Notes: a model not told the origin generated them from the sequence alone. Shown: positions 37,604-46,270, numbered from the stretch's first letter. The stretch is 64,000 nucleotides of DNA from Deltaproteobacteria bacterium (GCA_028695735.1 JAQVIJ010000004.1:128671-192670), one strand, 5' to 3'. Numbers and translations: made by a program.

Positions 37604-38097
37604 TGTACACGTTACTCGTTACGATTCATATAATCATTTGTATTTTTTTGGTCTGTATAGTGCTTCTTCAAAAGGGTAAGGGCGCTGAGATCGGGGCCGT
37701 GTTCGGGTCAAGCGAGGCCCTTTTTGGTGCGGCAGGGCCTGCTACTTTTTTGAATAAGATGACCACGGTTACAGCGATATTGTTCATGCTTACCTCCCTG
37801 AGCTTGACTTATATGTCGGCCAAGATGAGCAATAGATCCGTTATGGACAGCGTGCAGGTACAGGACGGCTCAACAACAACGAACAACACCGGGCCTGCTG
37901 CACCTGCTGAAAATGTGAATAAACCTGCCTCGCAGGGTGATTCGTCAGGGAATTCCATGGATGTCGGCAAGCAGGCATCTCCTGTGGAAAATTCAAACAC
38001 ACACTTGGCGGTATCCACCGGCAAAGCGGAGGACAAGGGGAGCGGTGCTGACTCAAAGCTGGGTGGGAATGTGACACCGGCTGCAAAACAGAAATAG
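37603..38097 (+). CDS. secG: preprotein translocase subunit SecG with a long low-complexity C-terminal tail
   Basis: N-terminal 75 aa are typical SecG (..VLLQKGKGAEIGAVFGSS..FGAAG..). The remaining roughly 90 aa are a Ser/Thr/Asn/Gly/Ala-rich extension. Its start overlaps the tpiA stop. Confidence 0.85.
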   Translation: MYTLLVTIHIIICIFLVCIVLLQKGKGAEIGAVFGSSEALFGAAGPATFLNKMTTVTAILFMLTSLSLTYMSAKMSNRSVMDSVQVQDGSTTTNNTGPAAPAENVNKPASQGDSSGNSMDVGKQASPVENSNTHLAVSTGKAEDKGSGADSKLGGNVTPAAKQK

Positions 38098-38108
38098 TTT
38101 TTATTTTT

Positions 38109-38193
38109 GCCGAAGTGGTGGAACTGGTAGACACACCATCTTGAGGTGGTGGCGGGGTAACCTGTGGGGGTTCGAGTCCCCCCTTCGGCACCA
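38109..38193 (+). tRNA. tRNA-Leu (anticodon GAG), class II with long variable arm, CCA encoded
   Basis: GCCGAAGTGGTGGAACTGGTAGACACACCATCTTGAGGTGGTGGCGGGGTAACCTGTGGGGGTTCGAGTCCCCCCTTCGGCACCA. The anticodon stem is CCATC/GGTGG (one G-U pair) with loop TTGAGGT. Confidence 0.92.
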
Positions 38194-38209
38194 TATCTTT
38201 TTCCATCGA

Positions 38210-38242
38210 ACAGAAAGGGCGCCTATTTGGCGCCCTTTCTGT
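38210..38242 (+). terminator. strong hairpin after tRNA-Leu
   Basis: 14-bp perfect stem acagaaagggcgcc / ggcgccctttctgt with a 5-nt loop. No clear T-tract follows. Confidence 0.55.
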
Positions 38243-38360
38243 CTCATGCGGAATACCTATTCATACATCCAAGTCCCATAAGTGTCTCTGTTTCGAGATC
38301 CGATTGTGGAATCTGGGATAACAGAATCTCTTGGCACTTCTTTTGCAAAAACTTCTATCG

Positions 38361-38433
38361 GAAGCCTTAAAAATTAGAATTTTCGTTCGGGAAAAAGGCG
38401 CTATTAAGGCGAAAAAGTAATTTTCCAAGGCTC
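38361..38433. repeat. MITE-like repeat, copy D (miniature, inverted relative to copy C)
   Basis: Ends GAAGCCTTAAAAATT ... AATTTTCCAAGGCTC are inverted repeats. The interior aaaaattagaattttcgttcgggaaaaaggcg..aaggcgaaaaag matches the reverse complement of 43065-43120 in copy C. It is flanked by the direct repeat CTATCG (38355-38360 and 38435-38440). Confidence 0.5.
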
Positions 38434-38484
38434 TCTATCGAGATTGCCCGTAATCTCAGCATGTTCAATGGACAGGAGTGAGTT

Positions 38485-39837
38485 ATGCGACGTTTTTTTG
38501 CCCTGTTGGCACTTTGCTGTATGGCCTTTGAATGCCATGCCCCTGTTTGGGCTGGTAATAAGATTTATCTCACTACCGAGAAGCTGGTCTATGGATTTCC
38601 CCTAAAAGAGGATGTCCAGGTCATGGGTTATCTGCGGGAGGTACCTGCTGGAACACCTGTGGATATTGCCGTAAGCCTCCTGTTGCCCGACAATACCGTT
38701 GTATATTTGACGCCTGCATTGGAATTTCACTCCACATATACCTATGTCTTGAGCAAATTTCCCTTTGTAGCCGTGCCTACTACCAAACTTTTCCCCATAA
38801 ACGGCACTCTGGTGTTCAAGGAAGGGGCGGTCAATCCAAAGACCGGTGTGGCATCAGAGAGTAAAATAGGTGATATGCCTGCTGGCAGGTATGTGTTAAA
38901 GGCCACTTTGGCCGGTCCTGGTGTCAGTGACGCCAGCGAGGAACCCTTTTGGATAGTCGGCAAGGATCTCCTGCCATCCATTGCCGAGACACCAAGGCCC
39001 ATCATAGACGGGGTTACTCCGCCCTATGCCGATGTGGGGCAAGAGGTCAAGATAACAGGTCGAAATCTCAGGGGAAAGCCTGGGTTAGTGGATTTGAGTC
39101 TGGTGAATCAGTTTCAGATCAATGTGAGACTGGCGGGGAAGGAGGTGCCTGTGGTGGCTATGGACGAACAGGGAAACTGGTTGACGATCCGCATACCGGC
39201 TGACGCGGTGTCAGGCGAACTGGTGGTCTCCCTCACACTTCCGTACTGGGATGAATCTGCGGGCCAGGGACATCTCTCCATACCCCGTGTGGCGGTCTGG
39301 AGTTCCAATGCCTTTCCCTTTTTCTTGCCGCCCAAGGCCATGAGGATTGAGCCAGCATCGGCAATGCCAGGTGAGAGTGTAACCATAACTGGCTTGAATT
39401 TCAATGAAAATTCCTTGGCAAATCAGGTCTATTTCAACGAGGTCCCCGGCACTGTAACCGCCGCCACGGCCACATCCCTGACCGTGACAGTGCCTGCTGT
39501 GTCAAGCCCTTATGCCTGGGTGCAGGTGGTGAGTAACGGCATTCGCGGAAACGGACTGTCCATGGTCTTGAAATATCCCGTGATCTCCAACTACTACCCC
39601 CGTAAACTGCTGCCTGGGCAGATCTTGACCATCTCAGGGGCCAATTTTTCAGCTACCCCTGAAGAAAACTCGGTCTTTTTAGGCCAGCAATCCCTGAAGG
39701 TAATTTCTGCCACTGCCACGGAACTTCAGGCGGAAACAAATGCCGGTCTGCTGCCAGGCCGCTGGCCCTTGGTGGTACAAGTCAAAAACGCCGTGAGCGT
39801 GGGGAGTGCCGAGGTGGTTGTGTTGCCGGTCTGGTAG
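38485..39837 (+). CDS. secreted IPT/TIG-repeat protein
   Basis: Signal peptide ending in VWA. About 170-aa N-terminal domain followed by at least 3 IPT/TIG-like units (..ITGRNLRG.., ..ITGLNFNENSLANQVYFNEVPGTVTAATATSLTVTVP.., ..ISGANFS..). Confidence 0.8.
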   Translation: MRRFFALLALCCMAFECHAPVWAGNKIYLTTEKLVYGFPLKEDVQVMGYLREVPAGTPVDIAVSLLLPDNTVVYLTPALEFHSTYTYVLSKFPFVAVPTTKLFPINGTLVFKEGAVNPKTGVASESKIGDMPAGRYVLKATLAGPGVSDASEEPFWIVGKDLLPSIAETPRPIIDGVTPPYADVGQEVKITGRNLRGKPGLVDLSLVNQFQINVRLAGKEVPVVAMDEQGNWLTIRIPADAVSGELVVSLTLPYWDESAGQGHLSIPRVAVWSSNAFPFFLPPKAMRIEPASAMPGESVTITGLNFNENSLANQVYFNEVPGTVTAATATSLTVTVPAVSSPYAWVQVVSNGIRGNGLSMVLKYPVISNYYPRKLLPGQILTISGANFSATPEENSVFLGQQSLKVISATATELQAETNAGLLPGRWPLVVQVKNAVSVGSAEVVVLPVW

Positions 39838-39869
39838 CCCTGAAAAATGATGTGTGTTCAGGAGGAGTT

Positions 39870-41561
39870 ATGAAAAGGGTAGTCCTTTGTGTCATTATAA
39901 GCATTGTATCTTTTGTTTGCAGCCAGTTTGCCTGGGCTGGAAACAATATCTCCATCTCTACGTCCAAGGGGGTATATGTCCGGAATGAGCCCGTCTATAT
40001 TCAGGCGGCCTTGACCGGTCTTCCTGCGAATACCACGCTCAATCTCGCTGTCTCCCTTCGAATGCCGTCGGGTGAGATATTGTTTATGGGAGGAAACGGC
40101 GTGTTTGGCCGTGCCAATCCACTTTGGTTGATCACCAATTGGCCATATAGCCCCTTTAATGTGGCAGATGGGGCCTTGCCTCTGGTTGTCAGTCAGGATG
40201 TCTCCATGACGCCTGGTGAGTATCGCCTGCGCATAGAGATATACGCCGCTTATACCAATGTGCTCATAGACTATGATGAATCCGTATTTTATCTGGTCGC
40301 TACCCCATATTTGGATAGGGTTGAGCCATCAAAGGGCATTACAGGGGATGTATTGAAACTGGTGGGCCAAGGTTTTGGCAATCTTGCTTCTAAAGTAAAG
40401 ATATTTGTGGGAGGCAGGGAGGCCACGCCTATGGATGTGACGGACGATGCCGCGTACACTTGGGTGCCCTATGGCGCGGTTTCAGGCCAGGTGCAGGTGA
40501 GTGTGGATGGAGCCCTGTCCAATCCAGTCAATTTTATTGTGGGCCCGTATATCGACAGCGTTTCCGCCAACGTTGCGGGACCGGGGGACAAGATCAATAT
40601 CAAGGGATTCAATTTTGATGTGGACAAGAATAAAAACTATGTCTATTTCAATGGAATCAGGGGCACAGTGAATACCGCCACCGCTACTCAACTAAATGTC
40701 ACAGTGCCTGATGGCAACACAGGGCCGCTCACTGTTTCTGTAAACGACATGACCAGTAAACCCGTTTCCATGACCATTTTGCCCGTGATGGAGGCCATTA
40801 CCCCTGCATTTGGAGAGGCAGGGCAGACAGTGGTCATCAGCGGCAAGAATTTCAGCCCTGTGCCCAGTAATAACTATGTGGTCTTCAATGCAGGCGCCAC
40901 CTCTCAGGTGGCTGCAGCCGTGCTGGAGGCCACAACGGCCACCCTTTTGGTCAGGGCCCCTGCCTCTGAGACAGGTAAGGTCCTGGTCTATACAGACGGA
41001 CAGGCCGCAAAGGGCAGCCTGACCTTTACATATCCGCCTGCTGTGGATGTGGTTACGCCCACTGAGATAGTGGCTGGAGATACCATCAACATCGCAGGCA
41101 GGAATTTTGATGCAACGGCGGCCAAAAATACGGTTACCATAGGTGATGAGGTGCTCACCATCCTTTCCAGCACCGCAAACACTATCAGTGCCAGGCTGCC
41201 TATGACCGCTGTTTCAGGGCCTCTAAAGGTGACTGTCAACGGAGTGGGCAGCAAGGAGAGCCCATTTGTGACCGTGTATGGGGCGCCGCAGCTTCAGTCA
41301 ATTACTCCATCTTCCGTGTCTGCAACCAGCTCCACTGAAGTGGTGGTGACCGGAGTAGGCTTTTTGACAGGGGCATCCTTTCAGCTGACAGGCCCATCCA
41401 ATTCTGTCACAACCTTGAGCCCCACTTTGGACAGCTATACCAAGGCCCGTTTCAAGCTGCCAAAGGGTTTGGCCAGCGGGAGTTATCAGTTGACGGTTAA
41501 GCGCACTCTCAATGGCAGGACTATCACCAGTAACGCAGTGGCCCTGTCAGTTACTCCTTAA
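39870..41561 (+). CDS. secreted IPT/TIG-repeat protein (paralogue of the preceding gene, with more repeats)
   Basis: ATG 39870 follows AGGAGG. Signal peptide ..SQFAWA. The N-terminal domain is collinear with the neighbour (AGNNISISTSKGVY.. versus AGNKIYLTTEKLVY..). About 5 IPT/TIG units follow (..VGQGFGN.., ..IKGFNFD..VYFNGIRGTVNTATATQLNVTVP.., ..ISGKNFS.., ..IAGRNFD.., ..VTGVGF..). Confidence 0.8.
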   Translation: MKRVVLCVIISIVSFVCSQFAWAGNNISISTSKGVYVRNEPVYIQAALTGLPANTTLNLAVSLRMPSGEILFMGGNGVFGRANPLWLITNWPYSPFNVADGALPLVVSQDVSMTPGEYRLRIEIYAAYTNVLIDYDESVFYLVATPYLDRVEPSKGITGDVLKLVGQGFGNLASKVKIFVGGREATPMDVTDDAAYTWVPYGAVSGQVQVSVDGALSNPVNFIVGPYIDSVSANVAGPGDKINIKGFNFDVDKNKNYVYFNGIRGTVNTATATQLNVTVPDGNTGPLTVSVNDMTSKPVSMTILPVMEAITPAFGEAGQTVVISGKNFSPVPSNNYVVFNAGATSQVAAAVLEATTATLLVRAPASETGKVLVYTDGQAAKGSLTFTYPPAVDVVTPTEIVAGDTINIAGRNFDATAAKNTVTIGDEVLTILSSTANTISARLPMTAVSGPLKVTVNGVGSKESPFVTVYGAPQLQSITPSSVSATSSTEVVVTGVGFLTGASFQLTGPSNSVTTLSPTLDSYTKARFKLPKGLASGSYQLTVKRTLNGRTITSNAVALSVTP

Positions 41562-41656
41562 GGGCTTATTGCATGAATATTGACATATTTTTGCTTTTTG
41601 GGAGTGAGTGGGCTGTAGGCGGCAACCCCAACCCCTCACCGCACGCAGGGATGGAG

Positions 41657-42484
41657 TCAAGGCAGGGTCTTTTTCCCCTTCCCCTCTTCCCCGCCTCCGA
41701 AGCTGTGGTCCGCGTCAGGGAACTTGCCTTCCCTGACCTCGCTTAAAAAGGCGGCCAGGGCATCTTTAATGAGAGGGGCCAGATTTGCATATTTTTTGAC
41801 GAAACGGGGAGTGAATTTGTCAAATATGCCCAGCAGGTCATGGGTTACCAGCACCTGGCCGTCGCAAAACGGGCCTGCTCCTATGCCGATGGTGGGGATT
41901 GGAATGGTCTCTGTGATGTGTCTGGCTAGCTCGGTGGGAATGCATTCCAGGACTATGGAAAATGCCCCTGCCTGGCTCAATGCCACGGCATCATCACAGA
42001 GCCGTTTTGCTGTCTCGGCGTCTGCGCCTTGCACTTTATAGCCTCCAAGGGCGGTTGCAGTTTGAGGTGTGAGGCCGATATGGCCTACGACCGGAATGCC
42101 GGCTCGTGTGACAGCCCTGACCGTCTCGGCCATCTCTTGGCCTCCCTCTAATTTGACACCATGGCAGCCCGCCTCCTTTAGGAATCGTCCGGCATTTCTG
42201 ATGGCTTCTTCCACACTGATTTGATAGGACATATAGGGTAGATCACCGATCACAAAGGCCTTTTCTGTACCGCGTCTGACCGCCTTGGCATGATGCAGCA
42301 TCTCTTCCATGGTTACAGGCACGGTGGATTCATATCCCAGCACAACCATTCCAAGGGAATCTCCTACCAGAATCATGTCTATGCCTGCCTGGTCCAAAAG
42401 CCTTGCGAATTGGTAGTCATAGGCTGTGAGCATGGTGATGGGTTCTTTGGTGAGCTTTTTATTCTGAAAACGGGCGAGTTGCAT
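41657..42484 (-). CDS. panB: 3-methyl-2-oxobutanoate hydroxymethyltransferase
   Basis: ..ITMLTAYDY..A......G.D.ILVGDSLGMVVLGY..T..VT..EM..H.. is the PanB signature. ATG 42484 is preceded by GAGGAGG. The longer track ORF (to 42604) runs into rnpB. Confidence 0.92.
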   Translation of the reverse strand: MQLARFQNKKLTKEPITMLTAYDYQFARLLDQAGIDMILVGDSLGMVVLGYESTVPVTMEEMLHHAKAVRRGTEKAFVIGDLPYMSYQISVEEAIRNAGRFLKEAGCHGVKLEGGQEMAETVRAVTRAGIPVVGHIGLTPQTATALGGYKVQGADAETAKRLCDDAVALSQAGAFSIVLECIPTELARHITETIPIPTIGIGAGPFCDGQVLVTHDLLGIFDKFTPRFVKKYANLAPLIKDALAAFLSEVREGKFPDADHSFGGGEEGKGKKTLP

Positions 42485-42545
42485 GACATCCTCCTCTCTT
42501 GGCCATGGTTGTAGCACGGTGAATGAAGGGTAACAAATGAAAAAA

Positions 42546-42924
42546 TATGGCATGAGACGGCATAAGCCGGGTTCTGTCCCCTTTACAGAGTGACGGTCAT
42601 TCATCTTGCATGAAGGTCGCCCTTCATGTCACGCGACCAACCCGAAGGCGCGAGGGAAAACCCTCTTTGGCCGGGCCGGCCTCAAACACCTTCCTATGCG
42701 GTCTTGCTTCAGGTGGGGTTTTCCGTGCCCGCGTTGTCACCAACGCGGCGGTGAGCTCTTACCTCGCCTTTTCACCCTTACCGCCCAGAAAGGGCGGCGG
42801 TATATTTTCTGTGGCACTTTCCCTGGGGTCGCCCCCGATTCGCGTTACGAATCACCTTGCCCTATGAAGCCCGGACTTTCCTCTGACTCAAAAGAATCAG
42901 CGACCGTCGCCGTCTCTTGCCATA
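42546..42924 (-). ncRNA. rnpB: RNase P RNA, bacterial type A
   Basis: On the minus strand: universally conserved GAGGAAAGTCCGGGC (42883-42869), ACAGAACCCGGCTTA (42577-42563), plus GGGTGAAA, GGTAAGAGC and AGCAAGACC blocks. P1/P2 closure: 5' TATGGCA-A-GAGACGGC pairs with 3' GCCGTCTC-A-TGCCATA, followed by TTTTT. About 379 nt. End points are good to within about 5 nt. Confidence 0.88.
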
Positions 42925-42962
42925 CGAAACAATGTAAGGTGTTCATGCTTTAAAGGCAATAT

Positions 42963-43123
42963 CGGGGATCTTGAAAAATTGCCCTTTCGCTCGATAACTG
43001 CTTTGCTCGTCCCTGCCTGCAACTCACAGGCAGGCAGGAAGTAGGGGCGTAAAATACGCCCTACTGCTTTTTCGCCTTCCTTGCGCCTTGTTCCCGAACA
43101 AAAATTCTATTTTTCAAGATTGC
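42963..43123. repeat. MITE-like intergenic repeat, copy C
   Basis: Ends GGGGATCTTGAAAAATT ... TATTTTTCAAGATTGC are inverted repeats. Interior blocks are shared with copy A, and the right third is shared (inverted) with copy D. Flanked by the direct repeat CAATAT (42957-42962 and 43124-43129). Confidence 0.6.
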
Positions 43124-43131
43124 CAATATGT

Positions 43132-43866
43132 TTATTTCTGTTCAGCGTCTGATGGTTTTTCAATGGGTGGATGGTATAAAATGCGTTGGCATGAAGGGCA
43201 GGTGTGTAGTTTATTGCCTTTCAGGAGTTCGTTAAAAAGCTGCGGAGGCAGGTTTATATTGCAGCCTGTGCATGCCGGGTTGTTGACCGTTGCTATCACC
43301 ATGCCGTTTCTTTTGTCTTTCAGCAGGTTGTACCTCGCCAACAGGTCTTTTCTGATATTCGGCAGGCAGTTATTGCGGTCAGCTTCTAATTTTTGAATCT
43401 GCCCATCCAGTTCCGCCAAGATGCTGTCAAGAATCTTCTGCTCGGCATTGAGCTCATTTTCGATTTGCTCCGCCGCCAGCCTTTTTTGGGCGATTGTCTG
43501 TTGAAGATTTTCGATTGTTTCTACAAGTTTTAATATTTCATCCTCACGGACCTTGTTCGCAACTTTTATATCCTCTATTTCCTTTTGCAGGGCCTGATAT
43601 TCCCTGTTTGTCTTTATGCCCATGAGTTTTTGTTGTGATTTGTTGAGATGCTCTGTTTCTATAGCCAATTCGTCCTCGGTATCGATCTTGTGTCTTTGGG
43701 CGTCCTGTAAATTGTTGTTCAAGGCGTCCAGTTCCTGTTCGATATCGTTTTTTTTCTCGGTCAGCAGATTTACGCGAACAGGCGCTGCTGTCTTTTTCTC
43801 ATTTAGATCCCGTATGGACAGATCTATTTCTTGCAGTTTTAAGAGGGATTCTATGTGCGTTCTCAA
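43132..43866 (-). CDS. COG1579-type coiled-coil protein with C-terminal C4 zinc ribbon
   Basis: About 190 aa of heptad-rich coiled coil, then ..CTGCNINLPPQ...CPSCQRILY. Its start overlaps the NIF3 stop by 4 nt. Confidence 0.85.
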   Translation of the reverse strand: MRTHIESLLKLQEIDLSIRDLNEKKTAAPVRVNLLTEKKNDIEQELDALNNNLQDAQRHKIDTEDELAIETEHLNKSQQKLMGIKTNREYQALQKEIEDIKVANKVREDEILKLVETIENLQQTIAQKRLAAEQIENELNAEQKILDSILAELDGQIQKLEADRNNCLPNIRKDLLARYNLLKDKRNGMVIATVNNPACTGCNINLPPQLFNELLKGNKLHTCPSCQRILYHPPIEKPSDAEQK

Positions 43867-44699
43867 GCTGAAGGCTCCTTTCCTTGATAAAGTGATCTAG
43901 TATAAAGTTCGACGGGAGGGGATTCCCTGTGTATATGGATTGCGATGTCCCATGCCCGTTCTTGTACTGCCTTTTTTAATACATTGCCCATCTCTTCGAT
44001 GACGGGATGCTCGGTGAAAAAATGCCCTGCATCCACTACGGCTTTGCCCATGGCCTGGGCCTCACGGGCTATGTGGTGTTTGATCTCCGCGCTGATGAAT
44101 ATGTCCGCATCGTGCTGAACTGCAACAGGCCATAAATCAGAGCCTGAGCCGCTGCACAGGGCTACTTTTTGGACGAGCATTTCTGGCCGGCCCGCTGCCC
44201 ATATGCCAGGGGCACTTGTGGCGTCCAGAATCCTTTGCACCATCTCCTTCATTGTGATTGCCTTCTGCAGAAGCCCGATTCGGCCCAGTCCTGTGCCGGC
44301 TTTTGTATTAGATACAAGCGGTTGCGCATTCAATATGCCCAGCTTCTTCATCAGGACATCGCTTACGCCTCCGGCTGCTGAATCGAGATTGGTATGGGCT
44401 GCATACAGATTGATGCCGGAATGTAAAAAACCCGCCAGAAGGCGGGTTTTTGAGTATGAGATGTCGAGAGAAAGAATGGGTTTGAAAATAAGGGGGTGGT
44501 GCGTGATCACCATGTTTGCGCCTTTTTGAACGGCGTCTTGCAGCAGGTCTTCGGATGGGTCCAAGGCGAGCAGGATGCTGCGTACCTTATCCCCTGGATC
44601 TCCCACTTGCAGCCCGCAATTGTCCCAGCTTTCCGCCAGTTCAATGGGCGCCCATTCCAGAATAATCTGCCATATGTCGAAGGCTGAAGGTGTCAACAC
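43863..44699 (-). CDS. NIF3-family dinuclear-metal-centre protein (YbgI/GTP cyclohydrolase I type 2 homologue)
   Basis: ..WDNCGLQVG.., ..ITHHPLIF.., ..NLYAAHTNLD.. and a C-terminal ..GHFFTE.. motif. The track ATG (44723) lies inside the tRNA gene, so a GTG/TTG start around 44699-44696 is more plausible. The exact start is uncertain. Confidence 0.82.
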   Translation of the reverse strand: MLTPSAFDIWQIILEWAPIELAESWDNCGLQVGDPGDKVRSILLALDPSEDLLQDAVQKGANMVITHHPLIFKPILSLDISYSKTRLLAGFLHSGINLYAAHTNLDSAAGGVSDVLMKKLGILNAQPLVSNTKAGTGLGRIGLLQKAITMKEMVQRILDATSAPGIWAAGRPEMLVQKVALCSGSGSDLWPVAVQHDADIFISAEIKHHIAREAQAMGKAVVDAGHFFTEHPVIEEMGNVLKKAVQERAWDIAIHIHRESPPVELYTRSLYQGKEPSA

Positions 44700-44714
44700 T
44701 TGTTTTTTAAAAAA

Positions 44715-44788
44715 TGGGCCCACCAGGACTCGAACCTGGGACCAACCGGTTATGAGCCGGTGGCTCTAACCAACTGAGCTATAGGCCC
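44715..44788 (-). tRNA. tRNA with CAU anticodon (elongator Met or lysidine-modified Ile2); CCA not encoded
   Basis: GGGCCTATAGCTCAGTTGGTTAGAGCCACCGGCTCATAACCGGTTGGTCCCAGGTTCGAGTCCTGGTGGGCCCA. G1-C72 are paired, so it is not an initiator. C4/C5 in the acceptor stem and the TTGGTC variable region resemble tRNA-Ile2 (weak inference). Confidence 0.88.
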
Positions 44789-44803
44789 TAAAATGAAACA
44801 TCA

Positions 44804-44831
44804 AAATTACTCTTGTTTTTAATTTTGTCAA
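44804..44831 (-). promoter_or_regulatory. possible sigma-70 promoter for the tRNA(CAU)-NIF3 transcription unit
   Basis: On the minus strand: TTGACA - 16 nt - TAATTT, ending about 15 nt upstream of the tRNA 5' end. Confidence 0.3.
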
Positions 44832-45010
44832 TAGGGCTATGGGACCTCAAATCCGCTGCCGCCCCTTTTCCATTGTCTTTTTTGTTGTTGAGATTCAATC
44901 GCGGAATTTGGGTGAAATTTTGATGGGCATAAGTAACAAAAATACAGAGTAAGTGTTGACAAAATATATTGCGAGGGTATGTTAAAAGGTCAAAAAATAA
45001 GGAGGAATAC

Positions 45011-45709
45011 ATGAAACGTACATCCTATTTGGCATGTGTGTTGGTTGGTCTTCTGGTCCTGATATCCGGCTGTTCCAATATGTCGGCCAGACAGAAGGGT
45101 TTTCTTCAGGGTGCAGCTGTTGGAGCCGCTATCGGCGGCGGCGGCGGCGCTGCCATTGGAAGCGGTGTGGATAACAGCAATCGCGACAATGGTGCTGCCA
45201 TCGGTGCTGTTTCCGGTGCGTTGGTTGGTGGCGTGATCGGTGCGTTGATGGCTAAAGAGCCGCCTGCGCCTGAAAAGCCATGTCCACCGCCTGCCCCAAA
45301 GGTTGAGGCCCCTGCTCCTCCGCCACCTCCTGCTCCGAAGGTCGAGTTGCCGCCTCCTCCCCCAGTCAAGGAGAGAATCGTTTTGAGGGGTATCAACTTC
45401 GATTTCGACAAGTCTGACATCAAGAAGGAGTTCGTGCCGGTTCTGGAAGAGGCAGCCAAGATCCTCAAGACCCACCCCAATACAGCTGTTGTAATCGAGG
45501 GTCATACCGATGCTATTGGTACAGACAAGTATAACCAGGGCCTTTCCGAGCGCCGTGCCAATTCCGTCAAGAAATTCTTGATCAGCCGTGGCATACCAGC
45601 CAGCCAGTTGCAGACCATCGGTTATGGTAAGTCCAAGCCCATTGCGGACAACAAGACCGCTGCCGGCCGTGCCATGAACCGCCGTGTGGAATTCAAGGTT
45701 AACAACTAA
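45011..45709 (+). CDS. OmpA-family peptidoglycan-associated lipoprotein
   Basis: ATG 45011 follows AAGGAGG. Lipobox LISGC, a Gly-rich (glycine-zipper) segment and a Pro/Ala-rich linker, then the OmpA_C motif ..NFDFDKSDI...GHTD..G...YN..LS.RRA..V...L...G......GYG...P.....T..GRA.NRRVEF. Confidence 0.88.
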   Translation: MKRTSYLACVLVGLLVLISGCSNMSARQKGFLQGAAVGAAIGGGGGAAIGSGVDNSNRDNGAAIGAVSGALVGGVIGALMAKEPPAPEKPCPPPAPKVEAPAPPPPPAPKVELPPPPPVKERIVLRGINFDFDKSDIKKEFVPVLEEAAKILKTHPNTAVVIEGHTDAIGTDKYNQGLSERRANSVKKFLISRGIPASQLQTIGYGKSKPIADNKTAAGRAMNRRVEFKVNN

Positions 45710-45723
45710 TTCGCTGATTCAAG

Positions 45724-46254
45724 ATGATCTCATCGTTATTTTCTCGTAAAGTTTCTGCTATGCTGTTGGGGCTTTCGATAGCCCTGACAGCATACGGTGT
45801 TGTGTCTGCTCAAATGGCTTGGGCGGACACAACCACTGGCAGCAAGTCCAAGGCCAAACAGCCTGTCGCTACCGCCAAAAAAGAATCAGGTAAGCAAGCC
45901 GTGCCCAATGCCAATTCAGAAGAGACTGCCAACAAGCTTTTTGCGGATTTTGTTGCTGATTGGATGAAAAAGCTTGAGGGTATAAATAACGCCAATCGCG
46001 CCAAGCTCAAGATTCAGGCCGTGGATGGCGGCTATAGCTGTTGTTATGTGCATTACGGCCCGGATCGTGAGTTCTGGATAAAACGTACTGATTCGCCTGT
46101 CACGCCATTTGTGGGATTCCTGCGCTACTCTGAAAAGACCCTTCAGAAATATGGAAAGACTCAAGAAGAGGTACTGCAAGATGTGGAACGGGTGATCGCC
46201 GAGACCCCTGTAACGGAGATATTCCGTTATAGCAAGGGTAAGTGGGTATATTGA
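45724..46254 (+). CDS. secreted hypothetical protein (176 aa)
   Basis: N-terminal hydrophobic signal (..MLLGLSIALTAYGVVSAQMAWA). No recognisable domain. Lies 14 nt after the OmpA-family gene. Confidence 0.55.
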   Translation: MISSLFSRKVSAMLLGLSIALTAYGVVSAQMAWADTTTGSKSKAKQPVATAKKESGKQAVPNANSEETANKLFADFVADWMKKLEGINNANRAKLKIQAVDGGYSCCYVHYGPDREFWIKRTDSPVTPFVGFLRYSEKTLQKYGKTQEEVLQDVERVIAETPVTEIFRYSKGKWVY

Positions 46255-46270
46255 TTCATTTCTGGACGCT

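Noticed and set aside
42606-42953. ORFs 42606-42953 and 42610-42867 (+), and the N-terminal extension of the panB ORF up to 42604
   Set aside because: They overlay the RNase P RNA gene, whose conserved blocks and P1/P2 closure are identified on the minus strand. There is no RBS and the composition is typical of a structured RNA.
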